Shown: positions 13,301 to 27,691, numbered from the whole stretch's first letter. The stretch: 61,679 nucleotides of DNA, filler included, from Rhabdomonas costata (GCA_019059605.1; 18 parts of 18 records of this genome joined end to end with filler, not necessarily neighbours in it), one strand, 5' to 3'. Numbers and translations: made by a program. The notes: a model not told the origin generated them from the letters alone.

Positions 13301-13627
13301 CTTTTTCTTTCCGCGTTTCTCGAAGTGAGAGCGCGTCCCATTCTCGCACACGGACCCTCACGCCAACGCCAACTCCAACGCCAACTCCAACAAGCAGTCC
13401 GACTTCTCTTCCGACATGTTCACCCACCTTAACTCGGACGGTGACGATCTCCCCCACAGACACCCCCACATCCACTGGGACGCCTTCTCCCACTCCAACG
13501 CCCTCGTCGAGCCCCTCAGACACTCCAACGCGGACTCCTTCTTTCACGTTTACGGGAACGCCAACGCCATCGCAAACCACGTCTCTTACTGCTTCAAGAA
13601 GCTGCTCCTCTTCCCATCCACAAAACC
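10392..13627 (+). CDS. Giant Ser/Thr-rich (mucin-like) exon, probable surface glycoprotein, partial
   Basis: Uninterrupted frame of more than 1,070 codons, dominated by S/T with TPTPTPSPS runs. Synonymous codons vary, so this is not a DNA satellite. A pyrimidine tract plus CAG ends at 10391. Confidence 0.85.
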
Positions 13628-13773
13628 NNNNNNNNNNNNNNNNNNNNNNNNNNNNNNNNNNNNNNNNNNNNTTAATTAATTAANNNNNNNNNNNNNNNNN
13701 NNNNNNNNNNNNNNNNNNNNNNNNNNNTGCCTTGAAATTGCTGTACCAGATTTGGGTTTTTCTTTATTTACAG

Positions 13774-15339
13774 ACCTGCCGTCTTTGGGCCCATGGGGAC
13801 CAGTACTCAGCGGGCCTTCACGGTGGTATCTACATGCATCCCCCGCGGTTTTGTACTGCAGAAGCTGGCGAAATTCATCCCCTTTGGGGTACGTCATGTG
13901 TGAGTGGGTGACAGATGCTTACTCTCACCTCCCTTTTGAGCGAATGACTTCAGTGAAAGAGGATATGAAGATCTGCGGACGTGGTTGGTTGGGTGTCACA
14001 CGAAGAAGCCAGAAAAGAGCTTCGCTCTGCGATACAAAGAACTGTCAATTAAAACGCCGCGCCTCGTGAATGTACAAAATATTGTCTTGTCGGTGTGGTC
14101 GAATGTGAAACGCGATGTGACAGAGAAGGGAAAGTCAGCACACTGACGAGTAGCGATTAATGCTAAAATCTCTCTCTCTGCCCTTATCACTTCCCTTTAT
14201 CAACCTCCGGGTGCAGGTCCTTTGCGACCGCACGACCCACTCCCAGGCCCAGTACAGCTTTCAGTGCCGGCTTGCGATGGTGCTCCCGTTGGAGGAGGGG
14301 AAGACGGAGTGGGCCTACGAGGTGCTTGGAGGCGAGGCTCGCCGAAGCGGCGACGAGAACGAGTGGATGTACCTTCTGCGGGAACAGGTTTGGGTTGAGT
14401 TGGGGCTTTTTTGAAAGTTTGCGAGGTGACCGATCTTGACTGGTGGGTGCAGGCGTTTATATGCACAAGTGCGGAGGCTTGTAATCGCCATTGTAACTGA
14501 CAGAGCAAAGATGAGTGATCGGTTTGAAAACTTCCAAGATTGCACCAGGAGAGTGACTGTTTTCTCCTTACCTTACCTAACATCTTCAGATGCGCTATGC
14601 CCCGTTCACTCCAGCACTCCAACAAACGTCGGCGCGATGTTCATCGGACTCTGTTTCCACTTTGGGCGCATCTGCACAAGCAGCCAGCTTGAATATCTGG
14701 CTCGAAGATCGGTCTTGACAATCAGAACTAGTCGGAGCGACGGTGTTGGGGTGCCCGTTTCCCACCCGGGAAACCCTCGGTGCAGTGCAGCGCATTGAAC
14801 CTCGACGTATTACCTCGCTTTGCAGATACGCTGACTCCAAGAAACGGTCCCGGGGATATGGGTCTGATGGTTGGACGGGTCTAAGCAATTAGACTGCATG
14901 ATACTACCGTGGTTAATACTCTGAAGAGAAACTGTTTCGCTGACAAAAAACCAGAGGACACAGATCAGTAAGCCTAGGAGGTGTGCCAGTACGTCCCTCT
15001 GGCCGCAGCGGTGTGATGGCGGAACGGAGGATACACGTTGGTGAGGATTCCGGAAGGGGATGGAGTGGGTCCAAAAAAGGCTCTGCTCTGATAAACCCAC
15101 AGGAGCAGAAGTGCGCCGAGCAGAACTCCTTCGAGGCGGGCGTGCAGGCGCTGTTTGGTGCGCAAGGGGAGGGCGCCGGGGTGGCCGCGGCGGAGCTCCA
15201 CCTGCAGGCCTTCCTGCGGGAGCACCCCGAGGACGCGGTGGCGCAGTGGTACTGCAGGAACCTGCGGCAGTGGGCAGCGCTTCGGCACCCGACGTGGGGA
15301 TTCACCTTTCCTGCCTCGATGATGCTCAGTGCGGGGTAG
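13774..15339 (+). CDS. Class III adenylate/guanylate cyclase-like protein, C-terminal exons
   Basis: Exons 13774-13888 (PAVFGPMGTSTQRAFTVVSTCIPRGFVLQKLAKFIPFG), 14217-14387 (VLCDRTT...YEVLG...NEWMYLL) and 15103-15339 (ends in a stop) are joined by in-phase GT-AG introns. They match the G-x-x-G...FTV...L-x-x-LAK...IL segment of the cyclase fold. Confidence 0.75.
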
Positions 15340-17212
15340 TGCGTAGGCCCTGAGACAGCTGCAGGGCAGCTCTTGGTCCGCTGAGGAGGGGATTTGTGGG
15401 GGGCGGAAGCTGATGTGTTGAGTGTTTTTTTAAGACAATGGAATGGGGTCCATCTTTCGGGGGCTGGCTATCTCCGAAGTCAGGTATAGGTGATAAATTT
15501 GAGTGCATGTGGCCTGGGAGTTGGATGCTGCTGTGTTGGAGTTTCGGGACAATTGACGAGGGTCTGATTTCCAGACTTATCGGTCTGTTCGTTTCAGTCT
15601 CCTTGTTTCGTATGGGTAGGAGCCTTCACTCGCTGCTGTCAAAAGCAGCAAGTGCGGGAACCAGATATTGTGTAAGAATTGTGTGGTCGAAGGGCTGGAG
15701 TGTTGTTTCCCACCTTCGGCTTATTCTTCTCTTGTGTTTGGTGTGTTAGTCTCCCTGACAATCAAAACGGCCAGTGTGACCGGCAGAAGCTGCTATGCAA
15801 GAGCTGTCGGACTAAAACGTAGTTATGCTTTTTGGGGGTGATTTTCCTTTCCCCCCTTTCTCTTTCGTTTCTCTTGTATGTGCATGAGAGGAGGGCTGTT
15901 GGAAACCACCACTGGTCTGCTGTAGGTGCAGAGGGTAGTGGCGCAGGTGGCTCACATCCGCAGACATTGCTGTGGTTCCATTGCGGAGGATTACTCATGC
16001 GCATTTGTGCGGTTGGAATCGGATCGCCGACGGCACTTCCAGTTCCCATCCGCTGCATGGTCTCGATATAATACCGAGACGGAGGAGGGCTTCTGATGAC
16101 ATCACTTCTTGCGGAAATTTTATTAGCGTGTTTGTATGTGTCTCCCTGTGGGCATCGGAGCATTCGATATGGTGCCCCTTGAGGAAGATCTATCCCTCTT
16201 TGGTTTTGGATCAGCTTTGGTTTAGGTCTGTGAGAGATGGTGGAGAGCGAAACAGGTCAGGGCGCTTCAGGTTTATGGTGGTTTTGTGGGCTCAATGGGT
16301 GGTGTGCGTCTTCTTCTGGGGGGAGATCGTTACCCCGCCAGAGAGAGTAAGACAGTTTTCGTTGTTGTTGTCATTGGAGGAAGCAAGAGAGGAAGGTTCC
16401 AGCATTCCTTCTGCCCCCACCTCAAACCTCTTTCCCTCTCTGATTTGATGTCTTACTGTGGTGAGTGGTTTACGAGGGTCGTTGGAATATGTGAAACAGC
16501 CTGGACACGCCTCCCCCCTACCCCCAGCCTATCTTTTCACCTGTCTTTTCATCATGGGTACGCCGTGTCGCACGCTCTCTCTCTCTCCTTCTATGATGCC
16601 AGCCCACAGCGAGAACGGCAACGAATGAGGAGTTCACCCACCCTTTGTCCACGCGCACTAGTTAAGTTCGTTCAGCAGAAACGGAATTTCTGCAGATTAT
16701 GAAGCGAACTAATCATTTTTGTGGGGAATCTTTGTGGGGAAAGCAGCTCGTCGTGTCGACATGTCGTCATGTCAGTGCTGGAGTGAGAAGCTAGACGGGG
16801 GTGGAGGTGGGGTGGAGGTTGGGTGGCGGGTGGAGATTATCCTCAGACTCGTCCCAGATTATTACCCGATGATATACCGGGGCCAGCCGCAGTTTTGAGG
16901 TGCTGAACATCAGCGGACCACTGGATCAGTTTACCTAACCAAACCCTCTTGCAGTAAGTAAGTAATGCTAGTGTGTTTTTATTATTAATTTCTCGTTAAT
17001 TTAGCAAAAATTTGAAGTCTGTTTTCCGTTACGACTGGAAACCGTTACCCAAAACCNNNNNNNNNNNNNNNNNNNNNNNNNNNNNNNNNNNNNNNNNNNN
17101 TTAATTAATTAANNNNNNNNNNNNNNNNNNNNNNNNNNNNNNNNNNNNNNNNNNNNGGTTGGGGTGTTTCCGGAGCACCCAGGAAACACCCCAGCCTCAA
17201 AAACACCGGAAG

Positions 17213-20200
17213 ATGTTCAGAAAGGTGGTGGCCGAGTTGCTGACCCGGCTGGTGGGGCAGTACGTTGAGGGGATTACCCAGGACAGCCTGAAGCTGGGGC
17301 TGCTGCAGGGTGACGTGGAGCTGCGCGAGCTCACCCTTCGCCCGGACGCCCTGCAGGACTTGGGGCTCCCCGTGGACGTCCAGCGGGGTTTCCTGGGCCA
17401 CCTCGTGGTGAAGGTGCGCCAACTTTCCGAATAGGAGAACGGGGGCTTACCGTGGTTGTCTCGAGGGCACTTATGGTACCCACCTTACACCAGAGACTAC
17501 TTTGGAGTGGGGTGGGGAATTATTTGTGACGGTGGTCCACGGTTTTTGTGGTTGAGCGGTGAAATACCCCTTTTTCGCTTTTTCACGTGGACCCTCACAA
17601 AAATTGGCCAGATCCGTCCCTGTACTTACCCCGATTTCCCGTGTCATCTCTGGGAATTGTGCCTGGTTGAAATTGTTTCTTTCTGGGCTTCGGTGGAGGT
17701 GTGTGTGGCAACAACAGTTTAGGAGCGGGTTGGCTCGACAGGGACGTTTATTTCGGATTCTGTTATATGTTTGTGTCCTTTACGATTTTCGGACCGAAGC
17801 GGAGGATTGTCGGACAGTCTACCCTATTGCAACGGTGTAGCGCATAAATGTTGGAGCTTAGCTCCGAAAAAACCAGCTCCCCAGCCAGTGTTGTATCCGG
17901 TACGCCCAAACCCACCACACAAACCCACACTCAGGTTCCCTGGCTTTCCCTTGGAAGCCAGCCAGTTGTGCTGCAGATCGATCAGTTGTTTATCCTGGCT
18001 CGACCCAAGCCGTACTCTCAGAAATATGACCGGGAAGAGGCCGACCGGGCCGCAGCTCGAGCCAAGGAGCGCGCCCTGCAGGCCTGGAAGGACCGCCAGA
18101 CCCTCCAGGAAGAGGCCGGAGACGCCAAGAAGCAGGGGCTCACCACCAAACTTACGGAGACAATCATCAGGAACGTCCGGATAGAGATCAGCACGATCCA
18201 CCTTCGCATTGAGGTGACCGATATTGTGCCACAGCCGTTTGCGCTGGGCCTGTCGTGGGAGAGGCTCAGTGTGGCTTCCACAGACGAGAAGGGGAAGAAG
18301 GTGTTTTTGGCCAGCACCCCCGAGGTGATGCACAAGCTCCTGGAGCTGGGGAAGTTCTCGGTTTACCTGGAACCCATGGACGAGACAACGTTGTACATTC
18401 ATAGGGTACGCTGCTCCATACGTGCTCAGTTTGAACACGGTCCTCGGTGCTACTTGTGCCTGAGATTTTGCAAACACGCTCGAACTTATGTTTCTCAGCT
18501 TCTCTGCTGAATAAATAGTGAGTGCATGTGTACATCCACGGATCCATAGAGGGATAAGGTGCTCGTACGGGTACGCCCGGCGCTCTGGAGGTTGTGGGGC
18601 GGGTGACGGTTACAGCTGGTTTCTTCGGAGTGTATTTTCAGTCGTTAAGCAAGTTGTTAATATAACCCCAGGTCACGTCACTTTCTCGCCCCAGCCGCCT
18701 CCTCCGCCCGCGCCGCGGAATGGGTTCCGCGGCCTTTGCCCCTAAATTTATGCTGTCCTACTCTCCCGCCCAGTGATTTGTAGTGATATTTCTTTCTATA
18801 TCTCTCTCTTTCTTTCTCTCTGGTTTTCCGTGGGACGTTTTTTGGCTTTCATTTTATCCAGCGAGCACTGGCAAAGTTTAATGTCATTTCGAGAGTGCTG
18901 GCATTTTTTTCCTCACCTGTTTTGAGTTTATTTACCAAATTTTTGAGCCAGTTTGGTGTTACCACTCGTTACGGTTGTCATCGGTAACGGTCCCATTGCG
19001 CCGTATATTCCTTTGTCGTGGGTTGCATTTTGTCAGGTTTCCGTTGAGCAATGGGTACAGTGGATGGAGCAGCAGATTGCCGAAGAGCACACCTACTTGC
19101 TACGACCGTTTGACTTGAACGTCCAGATGGAGTTGCTGGCCCTTCATCTGCTGGACCCCTCCCGCCCGCGGACGCGCGTGCGTGTGGACCTGCCAAAGCT
19201 GGAGTTGACCCTGCGCCGACAACAGTTTGTGGAGCTTTTGGAAGTTACCGAGTTTCTCTCCAACTTTCAGAAGCTGGCTCGCTATTCCGTGTTTCGTCCT
19301 GGTTCTGGGCGGATTGGAGACTTTGGCCCTCGTGAGAGATGGAAGTTTGCGATTAAGTGCGTGCGCTCTCATGTCAAGGAGGCCAACATGCGGAATTCCG
19401 AGGCCTTTTGGAAGATTCGGGAGGACCTGCGCAGTGAGTACATCAGTCTGTTTCGGCGAAGTCAGGCTGTGGCCTGGGTCCGCCCCTTGTCAAAAGATGA
19501 ATCCAGCCGTCTTGACTTCCTGGAAACCAACATGAGGGCAGACAACACCATCAAATGGCGGGACCAGGCTCTCACAGAGCTTAAGGCGGAAGCAGCGCTT
19601 TACAAGGAAAAACTGGCGTCGATGGGCAAGATGGCACCTTCCCCTGCCGCACCCAAGAAAAAGAACTGGCTGTCGAACTGGTGGAGCGGAAACACAGAGC
19701 CTTCGCCAGAGGTTGCGGGGTACCAGCTGTCCCCTGAGGAGCAAGAAGAGCTGTACCGCTCCTTGGAGGTCTCCCCCGCATCTCTGGAGGAAGTGAACAA
19801 GGTCACAGCGACGTCGGCGGAGCAGCTCCACACTACCTCCGTCACCGAGCTCACTCTCCACCAGCTGGTGCTGCAGGTAGAAGGCAGCAAAGGACTGGTG
19901 ATAGCCGCAGGAGAGGCCAGCAGCTTCGCCCTCGTGCTGAGAACCACTGCGGCAAACATGGTAGTGGCTGCCGACCTTCGATCCTTGAAGGTTAGGGACG
20001 AAATCTCCGCAAAGACCATGTTCCCAGTCATCTGTGACTCCGCGGTAGGGGAGGGATCCTCGGCCCTACTGGAGGTGATGTTTGACTCCCATCCATTGGA
20101 CGGACGGGCGGGCTCTGCACTGCAGGTGAATCTTCAGCCACTGATGTTTGTCTTCAATCCAACATGGATGCAAGAGCTTCTGTCCTTCTGGGAAGTGCCG

Positions 20201-20484
20201 CCTTCAATCAACTTGGGCAACATAAAGGCTGCGACGACTCACAGGTTCAAGGAGCTCTCCCAGTCCAGTGTGGACTCGCTTAAGTTGGCATTGGCAAACC
20301 AGCAGAGCGTCGACCTGAAGCTTGATCTTCACGCCCCACATGTACTTCTGCCCCTGAGCTGCACCTCTCCCAACACCACCTGTGTGAAACTTAATTTAGG
20401 TCGGCTGACTTTGAACACAGACATGGACCCAGGGCGGAAAGCGCGGCTTGGGTCCATGTCTGTGTTCAAAGTCAACCAAACCCC
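17213..20484 (+). CDS. VPS13: VPS13-family lipid transfer protein, N-terminal (chorein) part
   Basis: Exons 17213-17413, 17935-18405 and 19037 to contig end. MFRKVVAELLTRLVGQYVEG..L.LGLLQGDVEL..L.LRPDAL..LGLPVDV..GFLG.L.VKVPW..LGSQPV is the chorein_N signature. Later motifs include RWKFAI and DLHAP. Confidence 0.96.
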
Positions 20485-23400
20485 NNNNNNNNNNNNNNNN
20501 NNNNNNNNNNNNNNNNNNNNNNNNNNNNTTAATTAATTAANNNNNNNNNNNNNNNNNNNNNNNNNNNNNNNNNNNNNNNNNNNNAAGTTTAAAAATTTGC
20601 GCCTTTTCGTAAAAGAACCCATTGTGCACCTAATCATTCTGTGACCAGCGACCTTCGGAAAATCACGTGCAAGCATCAGTATCGCAACAGAGAACATCAC
20701 CACTCCTTTACTCAACCCACACACGAAGCACTAGGTATGTAACCCAGAGCGAACGGGAAAGGAAAAGTGACTCTCTCAAACCATGCAAAATCACAATTCC
20801 CTCCCTCCCGACAAGGCCCGAAGAAAGAAACTGCAGAATCCTACAATATGACAAGGTTGTGACATAAATAAATTTGGGCGTTGGATCGACCGAATCACCG
20901 AAAGGTATGATGACCTTTACCCATGCTCCCAGCTTTACCCAGCGGGGTTATTGGGCTTAGGTTCCACCAGATCTCGTGCAACAAATACATCACAAACTGA
21001 ACAGCGTGAAAGCACCGAGGTCCGCCACGCATTCCGGACCCTCAAAAGATGGATCCGGAATCCGACCTGTGATGGAGCGATCACGTTTACAAACCCCCCT
21101 CGCAGCCCGATTCTCTGCGGTGGGCCCTGTCACAGCAACATAGCGCTGGTGGTTTCCTGGCTGATGGTGACCACCATCCACTGAAGCTAGTTGCCATAGG
21201 GCCAAAGAGATGCAGAGGACGGGTTTCGCAGAGCGGGGTTGCGCCTAATGAGAGGAGTGGATAGGGCGGGCAAATTGACAGAAAACGAAATCATGCCTTC
21301 ACTACCGGCAAACGCAGCAGGGTCCTCGGCAGCAGATCGACCAAAGGCGGGTGCAACATAGTCAACGAGTGCGGGGCACGGCCACCACAAGCCCATATAC
21401 CCTAAAAGGTTGGGAAGGAGAGAGGGGCATTGTGGCGAAACGGAGACACAGAAGCCGAGGGGAAATGGTCGAAATCTGGATCCACAGCAACGGGCACGTT
21501 CTCGCTCGCTGAGACCCCTTCGGAGAAGAAGCTCACAAAGACTTGCCCGGTATTAGACTCTCCGCTGGGGGTGGCCCTGCTCAAAACAAAGGCAGTGGTG
21601 CAGTGGAAGGCACACACCTCCCACACTCTGACCAGTGACCAGTTTTTCAACCTTGAAGGAATGTTTGCTTTTGTTTGGTTCAAATGTTTTTACAGGAGGC
21701 AACCACAACCAACTGGCGGCACAACAGCGCGAACCTTGTTCCATTGGCTGACGGGGACTGGGAAGAGCTGAGGTCACGATCAAAATCAAAGGTCACCGCA
21801 CAGAAAAACCAAAGCAAGCGCAGCAGCTTCTGCAGATACCAAGTACTACCAAAATGGACGAAAACATAATTTGACAGAAACGGGGAATGTGTGCGAAGCC
21901 CAGCAGAACGTGGGACGTATTCAAACTTGGAATTCCACCCAAAATAAACGGGAACAGCTACAACCCAAACCTCACAGGAACGTATGCGACCCGCTTAATC
22001 CTGGTCTGACCTTCCATAATTGCCATCCTCTTCAGCACATGTTTCTGCGAAGTCACCTGTCATCGTTGTTGACACTTACGTTATAAAAGGATCTTGTTTT
22101 CTATTTTTTTAGGTGCCGAAGGCGAGAATATTATTGATTTGAGAGCCATGATATTACGTAGCATGAACGTCGTGTGGCGTGTTGCGGTCAAAAGGCAGCT
22201 GCTTTAAAATCGAAAAAATAGGTGTGGGAGTATTTGGTGTAACAATTGTACACGAGTTTCTGGCCCTTCAAGGTGACAGCCACTTGATTCTGCCTTTGGT
22301 GGACATACGGCACAAGGGAAGAAGAATTGCGACGAATCGCAATATTCATTACTTCACTGGTGAACCGCCCATAACCTTGTTACAGGCCGGCCTTTTCTAA
22401 AAACGTCTTAAGCGGCAGCTGCTACTTCGAAAATTACCTTGGCATTTTAGAACGCACGGCACTTTGAAATGACTGCAAAAAAGGCAGACACACATCAGCG
22501 ATGATCGCACAGTAAGGCGTGAGGAATGCAGAACAGAACAACAGAACAAAGTAGAACACAGAGCAACAACCAAACAACAAACATAAAACACAGCAAAGGA
22601 CGAGCACCCTTCACACACCCAGTATTGACACTTGGAAGTAGGAAGGGAAGAATGGGGATGGCGCAAGGGCGATGTGACACCCCGGCGCCAGAAAAGAACT
22701 GCAAAAACAGACTGCGCCAACCACGACCCCTAAATGCTTGCAAAGCAGCACCCAACAAAACAGCACACACACACACCAATCCAAACACGAGCACGTGTTA
22801 GGAAACAAGGATACGGGCTCCCGAAAGCGCGCAAGCAACCTACCGCGCGTTTTCGTTTTCTTTCCCTCGAAGCGCTTGAAGATATAAAGAGAAGAGCAGA
22901 ATTAAAAACAAAAAGCGGTACAGCGCCCAAAGGGCGGATGTATGTTAGGGTACTCGTCCCGAGTTTCCATGGCCACGGGGGGTGGTCATCTGGAAGCCAC
23001 CGGTACCTGAAGGGCAGCCCCCCCGTCCTGCGGTCTACCTTTGTGGGGCATTCAAGGGCCGAGGGGTGATGATTGTTTGAGGTTTGGTGTTGCATACGGC
23101 TGCCCAATTTTGGAACTATGCTGGGGAAGACAAGGGCAAGCAATCAGGGAAATCGGGGTAATCAGCCCCTACAGCTTACAGCATAGGTCTTGCCGACACT
23201 CCACCATTAGTGACATCTTCAGACCTAACAGAATACCGGTTCACACCGGTCGAAGCTAGGGGCTTCCGTACCCGCTCTATGGGAATCGAGCCTCTGAGGG
23301 ACCCTTCACCAAACGTATGCCATGCTACGCCACACCTCTCTCTATATATTTCGTCATGAAAACGTTTAATTGGAGAAAAAGAGACATGAAGCTAAAAAAT

Positions 23401-24725
23401 GCCATATAATAACAAAAAACAAATAACCTGAACTTGAACACACAGACAAACAGCCTCAATTTTCGGTAGTTTTAATCCTCAAATCCCCAAAATCAGCACT
23501 TCAGAACAACAACGGCATCGGCATCGTTTGCTTACAATAACTTAATTCTTCTCGATTTGGTACGGATGCTACACCTGCCAACACGAACAGATTTTTTAGA
23601 CCCCCCTCCTCCTCAAAAAACTCCTATAAGGTAAAAATCGCCCCAGATATAGGTACAGCTTGAGATGGAGCCGTGAAGTTCCTATCTGGCGTACGTACAA
23701 AGGCCCAGCTGGCATGCAGCCTGGCCCCGGGCCTGAGGCCAAGCCGGAACCTGTGGACACGTTCGCTTTTGATGGCTTGCTTTGTTTTGGTTGTTTTGTT
23801 TGGTTTGGTTTGCTGTGCTTTGCGCTGCTTGCTTCACACAGCAATCTAAGACCCACCCCTCCCTCCCTCCATCTAAGACTTAGCCTATAAAACATGTGAC
23901 GCTACAACACAACNNNNNNNNNNNNNNNNNNNNNNNNNNNNNNNNNNNNNNNNNNNNTTAATTAATTAANNNNNNNNNNNNNNNNNNNNNNNNNNNNNNN
24001 NNNNNNNNNNNNNTTGTGGGGTGGTACCACACCTTTGAGAAGGCATCTCTTTCTCTCGCACCACGCACAAGCAATCCAGACAGGGGCGTGGTGCGTTGTT
24101 CAGGGAGAGCATTAAAATGTGGTTGCTGAAGGTAAACATGTTTACCTTCAAAGGTAAAGGAAGGGCGACACTTCAGCTCTCGTGCAGTGTCGCGATGCAT
24201 AACCTTCTTCATTGTTTCTTCGCATTTCCTTCATGTTGGGGAAATTGCTGATGTTGCACTGCTCATTATAGTCATTAGCATATGTCGCTTCATTGATAGA
24301 TGAGGTGTGTGTTTCGGGCCTTCATTTTTTCGACTGACATTGTCTGTGTCTGGGTAGCCTGTTTAGGGCACTCCTGTGTTTAACCCCTTGAGCCAGGACT
24401 GCACCAGACTGGAGATTATATGTCATGATGGTTGATGTGCGTGGACCATTTCGTTTTGCCTTGCTGTCACCGTCTGAAACATCGAAACGTTGGGTGAGAG
24501 GCTTTGCCGACAGGGAGGCTTTTCCGGGAAGCAATGAAGTGCGCTTTTTGGCTCGTAGCTCGGACTTATCACCTGCAGATGTGTTCAGTAAATTCGGAGC
24601 CTAGTGGAAACGCGAGAGGTATTCAGGACTGCCGCCCTCCTTTGCACAACCCTGCGTTAGATTTACGGCGTGCGGTTCACTAAGCACTGGGGAAATACGT
24701 TGGTGTGGCAGCCCTACCGGTGCAG

Positions 24726-27345
24726 CTACAGGGAATTCACCCAGGAGGAGATGAACTCGCGGCTTTCAGTATGCCTTTCATTGGCGGGCTTTGTCACGCC
24801 TTTTCCCCGCCAGCATGCATCCCCGATCCACGATTTTCCCATTTGAACTCGTGTGCGAGGGAGAGGTGGATTAGCGGTCGATGGTCGGTTTCACCACCTC
24901 TTCGGACTGGGGGAGATACACGCTGGCGGTGATCTGATGCGCTGCTTTTTTTTTCGGGTGGAAACGGAGAAGACGAATTTGGACGAATGCAGATACCCGA
25001 GCATCCTGGACGTTTCAGATAAAAAGACAATTAGGACACCGCCCTTCACGCCATATAGATTGCCATGTTTATGTTTCCTCGAGGACCACCCTCATTTCCA
25101 GGGGAAGCGGGTGCTGTTCATCGGGGACAGCCAGACCCGCTCGCTGTTCTACCCCACACTGAACGCCCTGCAGTGGAGCAAGGTCCACGGCAACCCCAAG
25201 GTACCGGACCAGAACCCCAACGCGGAGGGGTGGATTGAGTTCCGCACTCCTCGGGGCAACGTGACCTTGCGGTATGCCCTGGACAACTTCCTGGCGGAGC
25301 CCCCCACGGTGCACTCCCCGCACTTCTCCCCGTTGATCCGCCGCGGGGTCCGGGAGTGGGACATTATCATTACAGGTATTTTGGAGGCACTCACCTCGGA
25401 CCCTTTTGGCTTCTCCTTTTGGTGGTGCGTTGCGGTGAGTCTTCCTATGATTTTGGAGATGCCGCTGGATGCGTGATGTGACCTGGGACATTTATTAGCA
25501 GTAGGATTTAGTAGGCGTCGTAACAGCTCTCCACTGTGNNNNNNNNNNNNNNNNNNNNNNNNNNNNNNNNNNNNNNNNNNNNNNNNNNNNNNNNNNNNNN
25601 NNNNNNNNNNNNNNNNNNNNNNNNNNNNNNNNNNNNNNNNNGGATGCGTGATGTGACCTGGGACATTTATTAGCAGTAGGATTTATTAGGCGTCGTAACA
25701 GCTCTCCACTGTGTGGTTTTCTGTCATCAGTTGCCCGGGGTGTGAGTGGTTCCATTTCCTCCTCTTGCGACCCTTCTGAGGTGATATTGTGGCTGATGGC
25801 GTGGTGGAACCGATTTTGGCGCTGTGCTGCTTTCTCTGGTCCTCCCAGGTACGGGGAACTGGGCGATGTGCGGTAGTCTCACTCGGCAGGGTCTAGGGCT
25901 GTGGCCGCTGCGGAGGTATGCGACCGAGGTGGCCCGGGTGGCCCGCCAGCTGCGGTTGTACATCCTGCGCACGGGCACCCGTGTGATATGGCACACGCAG
26001 CCTGCCTTCCCGTGGCTTCCCGCGGACCCATACCGCAACAACGCCAGGATCTCGCTGTTCAACAACATCTCCAGAACGGCAATGCAGCGTGAAGGTGTGC
26101 ATTTCGACTGTTGTGTGTGTGCATTTTGCCGGTGAGGTGCTGTGAAGGATTGACAAAGCTCGATTTTAAAATGTCCTATCATACAGTAAAAAAGGGTTAA
26201 TAATTCTTGATCTTTTTGTTTCTCCGTCACCGGAACTCCTGTTTCTCCGTCACCAAAACCCCTCTTACCCTCCCCAAGACGAGGCTTACCCTCAAGTACT
26301 TTTTTTGTGTCGTCGCCACCCCACTCATCCGCGTGTGCTTGTAATTTGCTCCTTTTTCATCAATTTTGGCATAAAAAACCATCGTTTTACCCCTAACTAT
26401 GGACTTTTTAGCTGGAAAAAGCCGATTTGGGCACTTTTGCGGTTGCTGTGCAAAGCGTACGTGCCCCCCTTCTCCATGTAGTCAACGCTGTTTCACAATG
26501 GGGCGCCCAGACTACCATAAACCCAGTGGTGTATTATTGACCCCCAAAAGTGCAGTTTAAAATCGAGCGTTGTCGATTGGTGCTGATACGAATAACCCCG
26601 AAATCAGGGACCACGGCGGGAGAGTTGGATGAAAACTTGCTGGATGAGGCCAAAACCTCTGGCAGTCTGGTAGGCCCTTTTGAGCCTACTAGGAAGGGTC
26701 ATTGCGACTGGCCCGCTTTTCTAAGGGCCTTGGGGTAGAACTTTGCGAACCTCTTCTGCAGGCCTGCATAAGGAACCCAAGCTTTCGACCGGGCATGCTA
26801 GAGCCCAGGAGCACTGCATGCTGGCATTGGAGTGTCCCGAAACACTGCATAAACACTGAATGGGAGCATGTGACCTGGCATCTAGTGATTCTGATGGTGA
26901 TGGTGGTTGCTTTTTCGTCCCATTCAAGCGCGCGTGCGCGCGCGAAGCGAGAACAAATGAGCAAAAAGATAATCCTGAGCGAAACACCAAAACCTGCATT
27001 CGACCTCAATTGTGCAGGTAGAAGTCAGGGTGACCGTTTATATGTCCCATTTTACGAAATGTGAAATGGAATTTATCAAGTTGGTTTTCGGAATGCTTAA
27101 CAGAAGAAGTCGTGAGCGTGACTTAACGTGTGACGGGAGGCCCCTTCTGGTTGCCATCGTGGTTTTGAGCCGAGCCCGAGTTTCTTTTCTTAGGGATCGA
27201 GGTGTTCGATATGTTCGAGATCTCCTACCCCATGTTACACACGGCAATTGGCTACCCCGCGGGCCACTTCAACGACTTTCATGTTCGAGAGAACTGGGCC
27301 CGAATCCTGCTCAGCCACCTCTGCAGCTCTGCCGCTGCTGCGGGA
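24726..27345 (+). CDS. SGNH/GDSL-type hydrolase or acyltransferase (PC-esterase/TBL-like), partial
   Basis: Exons 24726-24768, 25102-25375, 25849-26094 and 27194-27345 join in frame. Motifs are LSGKRVLFIGDSQTR, WDIIITGTGNW, RVIW, RNNARISLFN and VFDMF...PAGHF. Confidence 0.85.
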
Positions 27346-27691
27346 NNNNNNNNNNNNNNNNNNNNNNNNNNNNNNNNNNNNNNNNNNNNTTAATTAATTA
27401 ANNNNNNNNNNNNNNNNNNNNNNNNNNNNNNNNNNNNNNNNNNNNTTTGTGTTTTTGAGCAGGGCCTTTCGCGGCTTTCGCCGAGCCTTTGCCGCCGGAT
27501 TTCGTTTTAATTGGTTAACTTACGGGACACCACGGTGCAGTGGGAGGAATATCTCATAAGTCTCAAATTGTTGCTGAGCAGGGCCCGATCAGCGCCGCAC
27601 GTATTAATTCCGGTAAATTTTCAAGTCTTTCGGAATTTGTCTGAAATATGCTTACAAACTTAGCTTCGTGTTGGTTGGCCGCTTCCCACAG

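Noticed and set aside
10353-13580. Several Val/Glu/Asp-rich minus-strand ORFs
   Set aside because: They are antisense shadows of the Ser/Thr-rich exon.
16797-16910. G-rich tract and a possible C/D snoRNA (ATGATA...CTGA)
   Set aside because: The C box is non-canonical and there is no convincing terminal stem. G-runs are common throughout this genome.
20585-23913. Candidate minus-strand exons in this contig
   Set aside because: The strand skew suggests introns of a minus-strand gene, but no phase-consistent exon chain or recognisable domain could be built.
25467-25713. 72-bp direct repeat flanking an internal N gap
   Set aside because: The copies sit exactly on either side of the scaffold gap and differ by one base, so this is an unmerged overlap (assembly artefact or allele).
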